Source: an uncultured Actinomycetes bacterium
GTDB lineage: Bacteria > Actinomycetota > UBA4738 > HRBIN12
Reading direction: 5' to 3'
NCBI GenBank assembly: GCA_963704885.1
Contig: CAVPIB010000004.1
Location: 896,001-960,000 of the forward strand
Length of the DNA: 64,000 nt
Position 1 is the first letter of the stretch. Each line of letters begins with the position of its first letter. The notes beneath the pieces are model-generated. The model was not told the origin of the DNA. It was given only the letters and a program-made list of their open reading frames with translations, and did no database searches. The position numbers were made by a program, and so were the translations under genes. Shown in pieces: positions 39,382-48,413 of the stretch.

Positions 39382-40098
39382 ATGAGGATGGCGGCCGACC
39401 CGATCTCCCAGACCGAGCGAGCGAACGTGAACTCAACGCCAGGCCTCGGAGACACCCCTCCCGCCCCCGCGACCCCCTCGCGGACGCCGGGCATGCGGAT
39501 AGGGATCGGGCTCGCGGCCGCCATCCTCGTCATCCTGGCGTGGCGCCTCCCGATCTGGGAGGCAAGGCTCTCGGCGCCGCAGTACCCACTGGGGCTCTCG
39601 CTCAGCGCGGGCGCCCAAGGTGTTAGCGGAGACATCGAACAGATCAACGTTCTGAACCACTACGTGGGGATGGCGGCGTTCGATCCCTCGGACGCGCCTG
39701 AGACGGCTCTTTGGGTGTGGGCGATCCTGTTCGCGCTCGGGGCGGTCGCGGTGGCGACGGCGTTGGACGTTCGTCACCCGCTCGCTCGGCTGGCGCGGAT
39801 CGGACTGTGGCTCGTCCCTCTAGGCGCACTCGCCGACGTGCAGTACCGGCTCTACCAGTACGGGCACAGCGTCCAGCCCGACGCCACGATCCGATTGGAG
39901 CCGTTCACCCCTCTCGTTATCGGACCCACCCGTGTGCTGAACTTCACGACCTGGGCGTTCCCAGGCGGAGCGATCTGGTGCCTGCTCGGCGCAGCGTTCC
40001 TCATGAGCTTCGGGGCTCGCTTGATCTTGTGGGGCCGCGAAAGGTGGGCGACCCGGCCCATCTACGTGGACGATGACGTGGAGATCGAAGCGTCGTGA
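39382..40098 (+). CDS. nosB: NosB-like membrane protein
   Basis: W..LSAPQYPLGL, INVLNHYVGM, LYQYGH, PLVIG..NFT motifs typical of clade II NosB. Confidence 0.85.
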   Translation: MRMAADPISQTERANVNSTPGLGDTPPAPATPSRTPGMRIGIGLAAAILVILAWRLPIWEARLSAPQYPLGLSLSAGAQGVSGDIEQINVLNHYVGMAAFDPSDAPETALWVWAILFALGAVAVATALDVRHPLARLARIGLWLVPLGALADVQYRLYQYGHSVQPDATIRLEPFTPLVIGPTRVLNFTTWAFPGGAIWCLLGAAFLMSFGARLILWGRERWATRPIYVDDDVEIEAS

Positions 40099-41609
40099 GA
40101 CGTCGCGCGGTATTCGCCGTTCTGGCCCTTCTGGTCGTGGCCGCGGCCTCGGCGTACATGCTTGGCTGGTTAAGCAGCCCAACCGACCAGGTGGCTGCTC
40201 CGGTCCGGTCGGTCACCATGCCGGCGGCGCACCTGCAGTCCATGATCGATGCCGCACCCGACGGCTCCACGCTCGAGGTCCCGGCCGCGACCTACGCTGG
40301 ACGCCTGCGCGTCGATCATCCACTCACGCTGGTGGCACAGGGGAAGGTCGTGGTCGACGCGGGCTGGCTCGGCTCGGTCCTACGGATCACAGCTCCCGAT
40401 GTCACGGTTGATGGCTTCACCCTCCGTCGCTCCGGCATCGGCCCGGTCGGAGCGCCATCCGGGATCCTCGTTGAGAACGCGGATCGAGCTTTGATCCGCG
40501 ACGTCAGGATCGAGCACAGCTACATGGGGATCACTGTTCGTCGCTCAAGGAGCGTGTCCATCGAGGGCGTAACGATCGTCGGCGAGGGACTGATCATAGG
40601 GGAGCTCCACGCCGTGAACGCACCGTCCGACGCGCACGCCGGCCACGACATGGCTGATCCGGAGAGGAGCGTGGCATCTCCCGGCGGGCAGATCCGCGGT
40701 GACGGGATCTGGCTCTGGAACACCATCGACGCCGAAGTCAGGAACTCGACCATCACGGGCGTCCGCGATGGGATCTACGTCTCGTACGGGATTCGTTCTC
40801 GCCTGATCGGGAACACGATCGCCGACAGCCGTTACGCGGTTCACGACATGTACGCCGAGGATCTCCTGCTCCACGAGAACACGCTGACTGGCAACCTCTC
40901 GGGCCTGGTCCTGATGTACGGCGGGCCTGTAGACGTGATGGGCAACACGATCACGGAGTCCGGCAGTCCCTCCACAGGCTTCGGCATCCTGGTGAAAGAC
41001 GCCGGCGGCGTCAACGTTCGGCGGAACATCATCGCCGACAACCGCGAGGGGCTTCATATCGACGACGCAGGCCGAACGGGAGGAGAGCCCGTGCAGGTGG
41101 CGGACAACACGATCGCCATGAACCAGGTGGGCGTCCTGATCTTCCCGTCGGCCGACTCCGGGTTCACCGGCAACGGGTTCATCGAGAACTCCACCCAGGT
41201 CGCGCTCGGCGGCAGCGGGACCACGCAAGCAGATTGGACGGTGGGCGGCGTCGGCAACTACTGGAGCGACTACAGCGGATTCGATGGCGGCGGGGACGGA
41301 GTCGGCGACGTCCCCTACTCGGCCAGCGGGCGGGTCAGCAGGCTCCTGGCGGAGGAACCGCTCTTGGCCGCGCTCACCTCCGGCCCCGCCTTCAGGCTCC
41401 TGAACTCACTCGAGGATCGCTGGTCGGATGCCGTGCCCGTCGTGAACGATGACGCCCCGATCCTGACCTCGCGCGGTCCCGCGATGGGGGGTGGCCCCGG
41501 AGGCTCGCCAACCCTCCTGTGGCTGGCTGGAGGCGCCTTGATCACGGCGAGCGCATGGGCGCTGCTGCGCTCGCGAAGGCCGCGGAGGGGGGTGACCGCC
41601 CATGCCTGA
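40095..41609 (+). CDS. nosD: NosD maturation protein with C-terminal TM anchor
   Basis: RGDGIWLWN, RDGIY, RYAVHDMY, GNYWSDYSGFD..GDGVGDVPY. Confidence 0.92.
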   Translation: MRRRAVFAVLALLVVAAASAYMLGWLSSPTDQVAAPVRSVTMPAAHLQSMIDAAPDGSTLEVPAATYAGRLRVDHPLTLVAQGKVVVDAGWLGSVLRITAPDVTVDGFTLRRSGIGPVGAPSGILVENADRALIRDVRIEHSYMGITVRRSRSVSIEGVTIVGEGLIIGELHAVNAPSDAHAGHDMADPERSVASPGGQIRGDGIWLWNTIDAEVRNSTITGVRDGIYVSYGIRSRLIGNTIADSRYAVHDMYAEDLLLHENTLTGNLSGLVLMYGGPVDVMGNTITESGSPSTGFGILVKDAGGVNVRRNIIADNREGLHIDDAGRTGGEPVQVADNTIAMNQVGVLIFPSADSGFTGNGFIENSTQVALGGSGTTQADWTVGGVGNYWSDYSGFDGGGDGVGDVPYSASGRVSRLLAEEPLLAALTSGPAFRLLNSLEDRWSDAVPVVNDDAPILTSRGPAMGGGPGGSPTLLWLAGGALITASAWALLRSRRPRRGVTAHA

Positions 41610-42309
41610 ATCCTCCGACCGGTTCCTGGAGGTCGAGGACCTCACGAAGACGTACCGCGGCGGGTGGGGGCTGCACGACGTGTCGTTCTCGTTGGCCGGG
41701 GGGCGGATCGCCGCGCTCGACGGGCCGAACGGCAGCGGGAAGTCCACGATGCTCCGATGCCTGGCGGGACTGGTCCGGCACCACGGCCGGATCTCGCTGC
41801 GCGGTGAGCCCTTGAACGAGCGGCCCGACCTGCGCGCCGAGATCGGCTTCCTGCCTCAGTCCGTCTCCTTCCCCGAGCAAGCCACGATCGGCGAGGTGAT
41901 GGATCTGTTCGCCCGGCTCCGCGGAACGACGATCGACGACCATCCCTTCCCAGACGGGTTCGTGTCGGAAGACGATCGGCTGATGGGCGAGCTGTCCGGC
42001 GGTCAGCGGCACCGGGTGGCCGTCGCGGTGGCCTTGCTCGGACGCCCCTCGCTCCTGCTACTGGATGAGCCGGTCGCCGGCCTGGACGAGGCCGCACGGG
42101 GAACGTTCTGGGCAGTTCTACGCGACTTGGCCGATCGCGACGGTGTCACGTCGATCGTCTCGAGCCCCTTCCCCGCGGAGCTCCGCGGCGTGGCCGACTG
42201 CGCGCTCCACATGGTCGACGGGGACCTTCGCACGCTCGAGGACCCGATCCAGCCGACCCCTCTGCGGTCCGTTCACGGTCCTGAAGACCAGCTGGAGGCG
42301 AACGCATGA
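41602..42309 (+). CDS. nosF: NosF ABC ATPase
   Basis: GPNGSGKS, LSGGQ, LLLDEP; positioned between nosD and nosY. Confidence 0.85.
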   Translation: MPESSDRFLEVEDLTKTYRGGWGLHDVSFSLAGGRIAALDGPNGSGKSTMLRCLAGLVRHHGRISLRGEPLNERPDLRAEIGFLPQSVSFPEQATIGEVMDLFARLRGTTIDDHPFPDGFVSEDDRLMGELSGGQRHRVAVAVALLGRPSLLLLDEPVAGLDEAARGTFWAVLRDLADRDGVTSIVSSPFPAELRGVADCALHMVDGDLRTLEDPIQPTPLRSVHGPEDQLEANA

Positions 42310-43139
42310 GCACCACGAACGCCACCACCCTGATCGCGTCGTGGGAGTACCGCACGGCGGTGCGCTCGCGGTGGGTCCTGACCATGGCGGCCGTCTTCGG
42401 CGGGCTGTGCGTGATCGTGACGCTCCTGGCCTTCCGCACGGTACGCGAGCTGGGCCTCACCGGGATCGGCCCCGCGTCGGCCACGCTCGTGAACCTCGGA
42501 GTGCTCCTCCCCTCCCTCATGGGACTACTCCTGGGAGCGGGGTCGCTGGCCGGGCAACGCGAGCACGGCCTGCTGGCGTTGGTCTGCGCACAGCCACTCC
42601 GGCGTTCGCAGGTGGCGACGGGAGCGGTGCTCGGCCTCAGCGCCTCGCTGCTCACGACCCTGGGCGTGGGGTTCGGCCTGGCGCTGCTGATCCTGGCCGG
42701 CGTGGCGCGGGGGACAGACCTTCCGGCGCTGCTCGCTCTGGCAGGAACGACCGCGGGCGTCGGTGCCGCGAGCGTGGCCATCGGTGTCGCGATCTCGACG
42801 ATGGTGGCCAGCCGGGTCCAGGGGATCTCGATCGCGGTTGGGCTGTGGATCCTCATGGCCCTCGGCGTGGATCTGGCGCTCGCCGCGCTGGCCCCCAGCG
42901 TCCATCTGGGACCGCTCGGCCTGCTGATAGTCGTGATGCTGAACCCGCTCGAGACGGGCCGGATCCTGGCTCTCCTGGCTACTAACCTCAAGGGAACCGC
43001 GCTCGGCCCGTTCGGCGCGTACATGGTGTCGACGTTCGGCACCGCCGGCGCCGTCGGTCTGCTGGTTGCCGATCTGGTGGCGTGGATCGCGCTGCCAACC
43101 CTTCTTGCCAGGCGCGCGCTGACCCGCGCAGACCTGTGA
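42306..43139 (+). CDS. nosY: NosY ABC permease
   Basis: RSRW, QPLRRSQ, LNP..RIL, LGPFG; about 6-7 TM segments. Confidence 0.87.
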   Translation: MSTTNATTLIASWEYRTAVRSRWVLTMAAVFGGLCVIVTLLAFRTVRELGLTGIGPASATLVNLGVLLPSLMGLLLGAGSLAGQREHGLLALVCAQPLRRSQVATGAVLGLSASLLTTLGVGFGLALLILAGVARGTDLPALLALAGTTAGVGAASVAIGVAISTMVASRVQGISIAVGLWILMALGVDLALAALAPSVHLGPLGLLIVVMLNPLETGRILALLATNLKGTALGPFGAYMVSTFGTAGAVGLLVADLVAWIALPTLLARRALTRADL

Positions 43140-43152
43140 AGGCGAGGTGTGG

Positions 43153-43584
43153 ATGAGGTTCACCAGACAGAGCCGCTACGCGATCGAAGCCCTGCGCGTG
43201 CTCGCGACCCACGAGCCCGACGAGATCGTGGACGCGCGCGAACTCGCCACGGAGGCGGGACTGCCGAGTCCGTACCTGTCGAAGATCCTCCAGCAGCTCG
43301 CGGCGGGCGGAGTCCTCAAAGCCGTGCGAGGGCGCGGGTATCGGCTTGCGCAACCCGCCGAGGAGATCCGGATCGACGAGGTGATCCGCACGGTCGAAGG
43401 AGGCGACGCCATCTGGGACGCCTGCATCTTCTGGCGCGAGGAGTGCAACACGGAGGACCCGTGCCCGCTCCACTTCCGCTGGCGGGAGCTGAAACCCGGC
43501 CTCCAGCTGGCCATGAACACCCTCACGCTGGCCGATGTGCGTGAGCGCTGGGCGCCGATGCCCAACAGCGTCTCAACGGCCTGA
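43153..43584 (+). CDS. Rrf2 family regulator with three Cys
   Basis: YLSKILQQL..RGRGYRLA; CIFWREECNTEDPCPLH. Confidence 0.92.
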   Translation: MRFTRQSRYAIEALRVLATHEPDEIVDARELATEAGLPSPYLSKILQQLAAGGVLKAVRGRGYRLAQPAEEIRIDEVIRTVEGGDAIWDACIFWREECNTEDPCPLHFRWRELKPGLQLAMNTLTLADVRERWAPMPNSVSTA

Positions 43585-43595
43585 GATCAGCGGCT

Positions 43596-43616
43596 ACTAG
43601 TCTGATTCAGACTAGT
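43596..43616. repeat. Palindrome ACTAGTCTG-ATT-CAGACTAGT (copy 2 of 2)
   Basis: Same arms as 9389-9409; overlaps the aminotransferase stop codon. Confidence 0.8.
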
Positions 43617-44767
43617 GCGCGGAGCCTTTCGCCGGCAGCCTCCAACGTCTCGAGCTTCTTGCAGAACGTGAACCGGAGCAGATGCGCTCCCTGCTTGGGC
43701 TCGGAGAAGAACGACGACCCCGGGACGGTCCCCACTCCGATCCGTTCGACCAGATCGTGCGCAGCGGCCACGTCGTCCGGGTAGTCCAGATGCGAGATGT
43801 CGGCCATGACGTAATAGGCGCCCTTGGGCGGCGACGCCTGGAACCCCGTCTCCGCCAGGATGCTCATCAGGAGCGAGCGACGCTCGTCGTACTCGGCCAC
43901 GACACGCTCGTAGTAGCTGTCGGGGAGGTTGAGCGCCGTGATCCCAGCCACTTGCAGCGGCGCGGGTGCCGCCACGGTGAGGAAGTCGTGCACCGGGCGC
44001 AACGCATCGGTCAGCTCACATGCCGCGATCGTCCAACCCACGCGCCACCCGGTCACCGAGTACGACTTGGAGAGCGCGCTGATGGTGACGGTCCGATCCT
44101 CCATCCCGGGGATCGTTGCGATAGGCACGTGCTCCACGCCGTCGTAGGTCAGGTGCTCGTATATCTCGTCTGTGATAGCGATGACGTCGTGGGCTACGCA
44201 GAGCTCCGCGATCAAAGAGAGCTCCTCGCGCGTGAACACCTTCCCGGTCGGGTTGTTCGGCGAGTTCAAGACGATGGCCCGGACGCGACCGGAGAACGCC
44301 GCACGCAGCTCGGCCTCATCGAACGTCCAGTCGGGGGGATGCAGCGTGACCAGACGCGGCACCGCTCCAGCTATCAAGGCGTCGGGTCCGTAGTTCTCGT
44401 AGAAGGGCTCGAAGACCACGATCTCGTCGCCCGGATCCACCAGGCCCAGCATCGCCGCGATCATGGCCTCGGTGGACCCGCAGGTGACGCAGATCTCCGT
44501 CTCAGGGTCGACACGCATGCCGTATAGGCGGTCGTACTGCGCGGCGATCGCCTCGCGGAACTCCGGCACGCCCCAGGTCACCGGGTATTGGTTGTGATCG
44601 TCGGCGATCGCCTGGCGTGCGGCCTCCTTCACCTCGTCCGGCGCCGGGAAGTCCGGGTATCCCTGGCCCAGGTTGACGGCGTCGTGCAGGTCGGCCAGGC
44701 GCGTCATCTCGCGTATCACCGACTCGGTGAACGACGACGACTTCGCGGAGCGACGGGTTCTCGACAC
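43607..44767 (-). CDS. PLP-dependent class I/II aminotransferase (YbdL/kynurenine type)
   Basis: NLGQGYPDF, NSPNNPTG, DEIYE, SKSYSVTGWRVG. Confidence 0.93.
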   Translation of the reverse strand: MSRTRRSAKSSSFTESVIREMTRLADLHDAVNLGQGYPDFPAPDEVKEAARQAIADDHNQYPVTWGVPEFREAIAAQYDRLYGMRVDPETEICVTCGSTEAMIAAMLGLVDPGDEIVVFEPFYENYGPDALIAGAVPRLVTLHPPDWTFDEAELRAAFSGRVRAIVLNSPNNPTGKVFTREELSLIAELCVAHDVIAITDEIYEHLTYDGVEHVPIATIPGMEDRTVTISALSKSYSVTGWRVGWTIAACELTDALRPVHDFLTVAAPAPLQVAGITALNLPDSYYERVVAEYDERRSLLMSILAETGFQASPPKGAYYVMADISHLDYPDDVAAAHDLVERIGVGTVPGSSFFSEPKQGAHLLRFTFCKKLETLEAAGERLRALV

Positions 44768-44856
44768 GCCGTGGAGACTAGCCGTTCGATGGTCGTCGCA
44801 GCGCCGGACCTGCGGGGATGAGCCGGGCCCGGAACCGGGTCGGATACAGTGGCCGC

Positions 44857-46131
44857 GTGGCGATCGGCTCCGACCTCCCCGCAGGCGTACGGTTCATCGG
44901 CGGTGAGTCAGGCGCCGCGGCGGCGTGGCCCTTGCAGGACGCGCCCGCCGACGCGGATCTCTCGTCCTGCGTGGCTTGCGGCCTGTGTCTCCCCCACTGC
45001 CCCACGTACCGGCTGACCGGCGAGGAGTCGGCCTCGCCGCGCGGGCGGATCACCGCCATGCGCGCGGTGAGCGAAGGCACGGCGACCGTCGATAACACGT
45101 TCGCGTCGTTCATGGATCTGTGCCTGGTCTGCCGGGCTTGCGAGGACGTATGCCCGTCGCACGTGCCGTTCGGCAGGATGATGGAGCGCGCGCGCGTCCA
45201 GGTGGAGCCGTTGCGCACCCGGCGGGCGCGGTTCGTTCGGTGGCTGGGGCTCGACATCGTCCTGCCGCACCCGTTCGTGCTGCGGGTCATGACGGCGCTC
45301 CAACCGATCGCGCGTCCGTTCCTGCGTCGCCGGATCCGCGCGATGATCCCGCGGCGTGCGTCGCCCTTCGCACGTCTGCCGCGCGAGACGGTCCCTCCCG
45401 AGGGCGTCGAGATCCGAGGAACGGTGGGGGTCCTGGCGGGCTGCGTCCAAGACCGGTGGTTCCACGAAGCCAACCGCGCCACGATCCGCGTGCTCGCCCG
45501 CAACGGCTGGCGCGTGACGGTGCCGCGCGAACAACGCTGCTGTGGCGCGCTTGGCGCCCACAACGGCCGGCTGAAGATGGCGCGGAAGCTGGCGCGACGC
45601 AACGCCCGGGCGTTCGCGGGCGTGGACCACGTGATCGTGAACGCCGCGGGCTGCAGCGCTCACATGAAGACCTACGTCGAGCTCGAGGAAGGGACGTCGC
45701 TCCCGGTCCGAGACCTGATGGAGTTCCTGGCGGAGGAGGGACTGACGGCCCAGCCCACCGAGCCGCTCACGGACGGCCTGATCGCCTACCACGACGCATG
45801 CCACGCGCTCCGCGCCCAGCGGATCTACGAGCAGCCGCGGACCGTGCTCCGCCAGATCCCGGGCATCCAGATCGCGGAGATCGCCAACGGCGACCGCTGC
45901 TGCGGGGCAGCCGGCCTATACAACGTGCTCGAGCCCGAGATGTCGGGACGGCTGATGCGCCAGAAGGCCGAGGCGATCCGGGATACGGGAGCCCGGGTGA
46001 TCGCGAGCGCGAACCCCGGGTGCAGCATGCAGATCGCCGCCGGACTCCGTGAGCTCAAGGTGGACACCGAGGTGGTCCACCCCGTCCAGCTGCTCGACCG
46101 AGCCTACGCTGCCTCGCCGGGTCAGGGCTGA
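44857..46131 (+). CDS. glcF: Glycolate oxidase Fe-S subunit
   Basis: CVACGLCLPHCP, CLVCRACEDVCP, two CCG domains. Confidence 0.88.
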   Translation: MAIGSDLPAGVRFIGGESGAAAAWPLQDAPADADLSSCVACGLCLPHCPTYRLTGEESASPRGRITAMRAVSEGTATVDNTFASFMDLCLVCRACEDVCPSHVPFGRMMERARVQVEPLRTRRARFVRWLGLDIVLPHPFVLRVMTALQPIARPFLRRRIRAMIPRRASPFARLPRETVPPEGVEIRGTVGVLAGCVQDRWFHEANRATIRVLARNGWRVTVPREQRCCGALGAHNGRLKMARKLARRNARAFAGVDHVIVNAAGCSAHMKTYVELEEGTSLPVRDLMEFLAEEGLTAQPTEPLTDGLIAYHDACHALRAQRIYEQPRTVLRQIPGIQIAEIANGDRCCGAAGLYNVLEPEMSGRLMRQKAEAIRDTGARVIASANPGCSMQIAAGLRELKVDTEVVHPVQLLDRAYAASPGQG

Positions 46132-46145
46132 TAGCGTCAACGGCC

Positions 46146-46688
46146 ATGCGATACGTGGGCGTGGGGCGGCGGTTCGCGGCGGTCCTGATCGACGGGGTCA
46201 TGCTCGGCATCATGTCGGGGCCGTTCGCCGAGATCGAACGGGGACCCGGGTACTTCCGTATCGGCTGGAGCGGTAGCCGCCTGCTGGTGCCGGGCCTGAT
46301 CGGCCTCGTGTACTACTTCCTCCTAGAGGGAGCGGCCGGCGCCACCATCGGCAAGTTCGCCACGGGGATCCGCGTGGTGAAAGAGGATGGGTCCAAGCTC
46401 GACTGGACCAGTGCCCTCATCCGCAACCTCGCACGGATCGTGGATCTGCTCCCGTACTTCGTGCCCTACCTCGTGGCCGCGATCGCCGTTTGGAGTTCGC
46501 CGGACAAGCGTCAGCGGCTGGGCGACAGATGGGCCAACACGGTCGTGGTCACGAAGGAGTCGTTGGATTCGCTCGCGTCCGGACCAGCCCCGCCCATCTT
46601 CGTCGGCGAGCCGCCTCCGCCGATGGCCCCAGGGGCGCCCCCGCCCATGCCTCCCCCGCCGCCGATGCCGCCGGCCTCCGGAGCCTGA
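46146..46688 (+). CDS. RDD family membrane protein with Pro-rich tail
   Basis: RRFAAVLID, GATIGK, QRLGD. Confidence 0.9.
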   Translation: MRYVGVGRRFAAVLIDGVMLGIMSGPFAEIERGPGYFRIGWSGSRLLVPGLIGLVYYFLLEGAAGATIGKFATGIRVVKEDGSKLDWTSALIRNLARIVDLLPYFVPYLVAAIAVWSSPDKRQRLGDRWANTVVVTKESLDSLASGPAPPIFVGEPPPPMAPGAPPPMPPPPPMPPASGA

Positions 46689-46697
46689 CCGCTGGCG

Positions 46698-47198
46698 CTA
46701 CCAGCGGTCCTGATCCGCCTGCAGCGCCTCGGTGCCGGTGCACTCGCCGTCCGAAACCAGATACGTGGTGTCCTGACCGGCGACCTGCTTGATCGAGAAG
46801 CAGGTTCCCGACAGCGTGGGTGACGACGCGGCCCAGGTGTCGTTCGACGAGTAGACGCTCACGGTCCCGGGCCGGTCCGCCGGTTGGTCGGCCGCCACGT
46901 AACTGCGATCCGCGTCCGCCCGCCCGAGCCCCTCGGCGTCGGCCGGAGTGAAGGATCCGCCCTCCGAGTAGATGCGTTCCGCGCCGCTCAGGGCGATCCT
47001 GAGGTCGTTCTGGGTCCGGGATATCGCGTTCACCATAGGGCGGTTGGCGAAGATCTCGACCATCAACACGATGCCGCCGAGCACGATCGTGATGGCCACC
47101 ATCCAGAACCCGCGGTTCGAGGCTCGGCGCGGCTGGATCAGATCGACCCCGTCCAACTCCCGCTCGTAGGCGTCCAAGATGTCGTCGTCGTCAGGCAC
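46698..47198 (-). CDS. Hypothetical single-TM protein, pilin-like
   Basis: RG/FWMV followed by a hydrophobic helix, QNDLR, C-terminal Cys pair. Confidence 0.6.
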   Translation of the reverse strand: MPDDDDILDAYERELDGVDLIQPRRASNRGFWMVAITIVLGGIVLMVEIFANRPMVNAISRTQNDLRIALSGAERIYSEGGSFTPADAEGLGRADADRSYVAADQPADRPGTVSVYSSNDTWAASSPTLSGTCFSIKQVAGQDTTYLVSDGECTGTEALQADQDRW

Positions 47199-47231
47199 GG
47201 GGACCAGCGTACCTTCGAGCCGCTGAGTCAG

Positions 47232-48413
47232 CTACGCGCCGAGCACTCGGCCTAGGTGCTCCAGGCTCTCCAGGTTGTGGCCCGACAGGAACACGTCGAC
47301 CGAGGGCATGGCGGCTGCCATCCCGCGGGCGAGTGGCTCGTAGCGGGGCGAGCCCTTCAGCGGGTTCACCCACACCACCTTGTGGGCCAGGCGGCGGAGG
47401 CGCGCCATCTGCGCCTTGAGCAGATCGGGATCGCCACGCTCCAGACCATCGGAGCAGAGCACCACCACGGCGCCGCGAAGTGCAGCACGCTGGCTCCACC
47501 CGTCCAGCAGCGCCTTGAGCGACTCGCCGATCCGCGTTCCGCCCTCCCAGTCGGCCACCTGCCGGCCGATCTCGTGCAAGGCGCGGTCCGGGTCGCGAGT
47601 CCGGAGCGTCCGAGTCACGCGCGTTAGGCGCGTCCCGAACACGAATACCTCCACGCGTCGGCCCGCGGCCATAGCGGCGTAACCGAACTGCATCAGCGCG
47701 CGCGCGTAGGGCGCCATGGAGCCGCTGATGTCCAGGATCAGGACGAGCGGGCGCGTCCGCGAGCGACGCTTCCGCCATGCGCGATCGAACGGTTCGCCCT
47801 GCGTGCGGAGCGACCGCCGGAGCGTCCGACGGATGTCGAATGTGGGACCCTTCGCGGCCGGGCGCGTCCTGCGCGTGTGCTCCACGGGAACCGTCACCGC
47901 CAGCCTGCGGATCATGGCGGCCACCCGGGCCCGTTCCTCCTCCGTCAGATCCGGGAACGACTTGTCGCGCAGGACCTCGACGCCGCTCGCAAGGATCCGG
48001 ATCGAGGTCTCGTCGCCGGGCTCGGGTTCCTCGTCGCCCGCGCCACGCCAACTGGCTGCGGTCGTTCCCAGCTGGACCTCCAGGTTCTCGGGCTCGTCGC
48101 CCCAGTCGATGGAGCGCTCCGCGTCGCCGCCAGGGATGTTTAGCTCGATCCTCAACGGGCCCTCTGCGCCAAGGCTCCGGTACCACTCCGCGAACGCGTC
48201 GTCGTAGGCCTCGAAGTCCTCCCTGCGGCCGATCATGCTGGTGCGTCCCGCCCAGTAGAGCGAGTCCCGATCGGTGAGGCCGAGCGCCGCGACTGCGCGG
48301 CAGAACGTCAGGATGCGACCGGTTCCCACGGGCAGTCCGCGCGCGCGCAGGTCGCGGCCGAAAGCGACGAGCGGGGCGAGCGGTCCGGCGGTCGACGTCG
48401 AAGACTCAGCCAT
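47232..48413 (-). CDS. vWA domain protein (CoxE-like)
   Basis: DISGSM, FGTRLTRVT, GGTRIG, SDG, WVNP. Confidence 0.9.
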   Translation of the reverse strand: MAESSTSTAGPLAPLVAFGRDLRARGLPVGTGRILTFCRAVAALGLTDRDSLYWAGRTSMIGRREDFEAYDDAFAEWYRSLGAEGPLRIELNIPGGDAERSIDWGDEPENLEVQLGTTAASWRGAGDEEPEPGDETSIRILASGVEVLRDKSFPDLTEEERARVAAMIRRLAVTVPVEHTRRTRPAAKGPTFDIRRTLRRSLRTQGEPFDRAWRKRRSRTRPLVLILDISGSMAPYARALMQFGYAAMAAGRRVEVFVFGTRLTRVTRTLRTRDPDRALHEIGRQVADWEGGTRIGESLKALLDGWSQRAALRGAVVVLCSDGLERGDPDLLKAQMARLRRLAHKVVWVNPLKGSPRYEPLARGMAAAMPSVDVFLSGHNLESLEHLGRVLGA

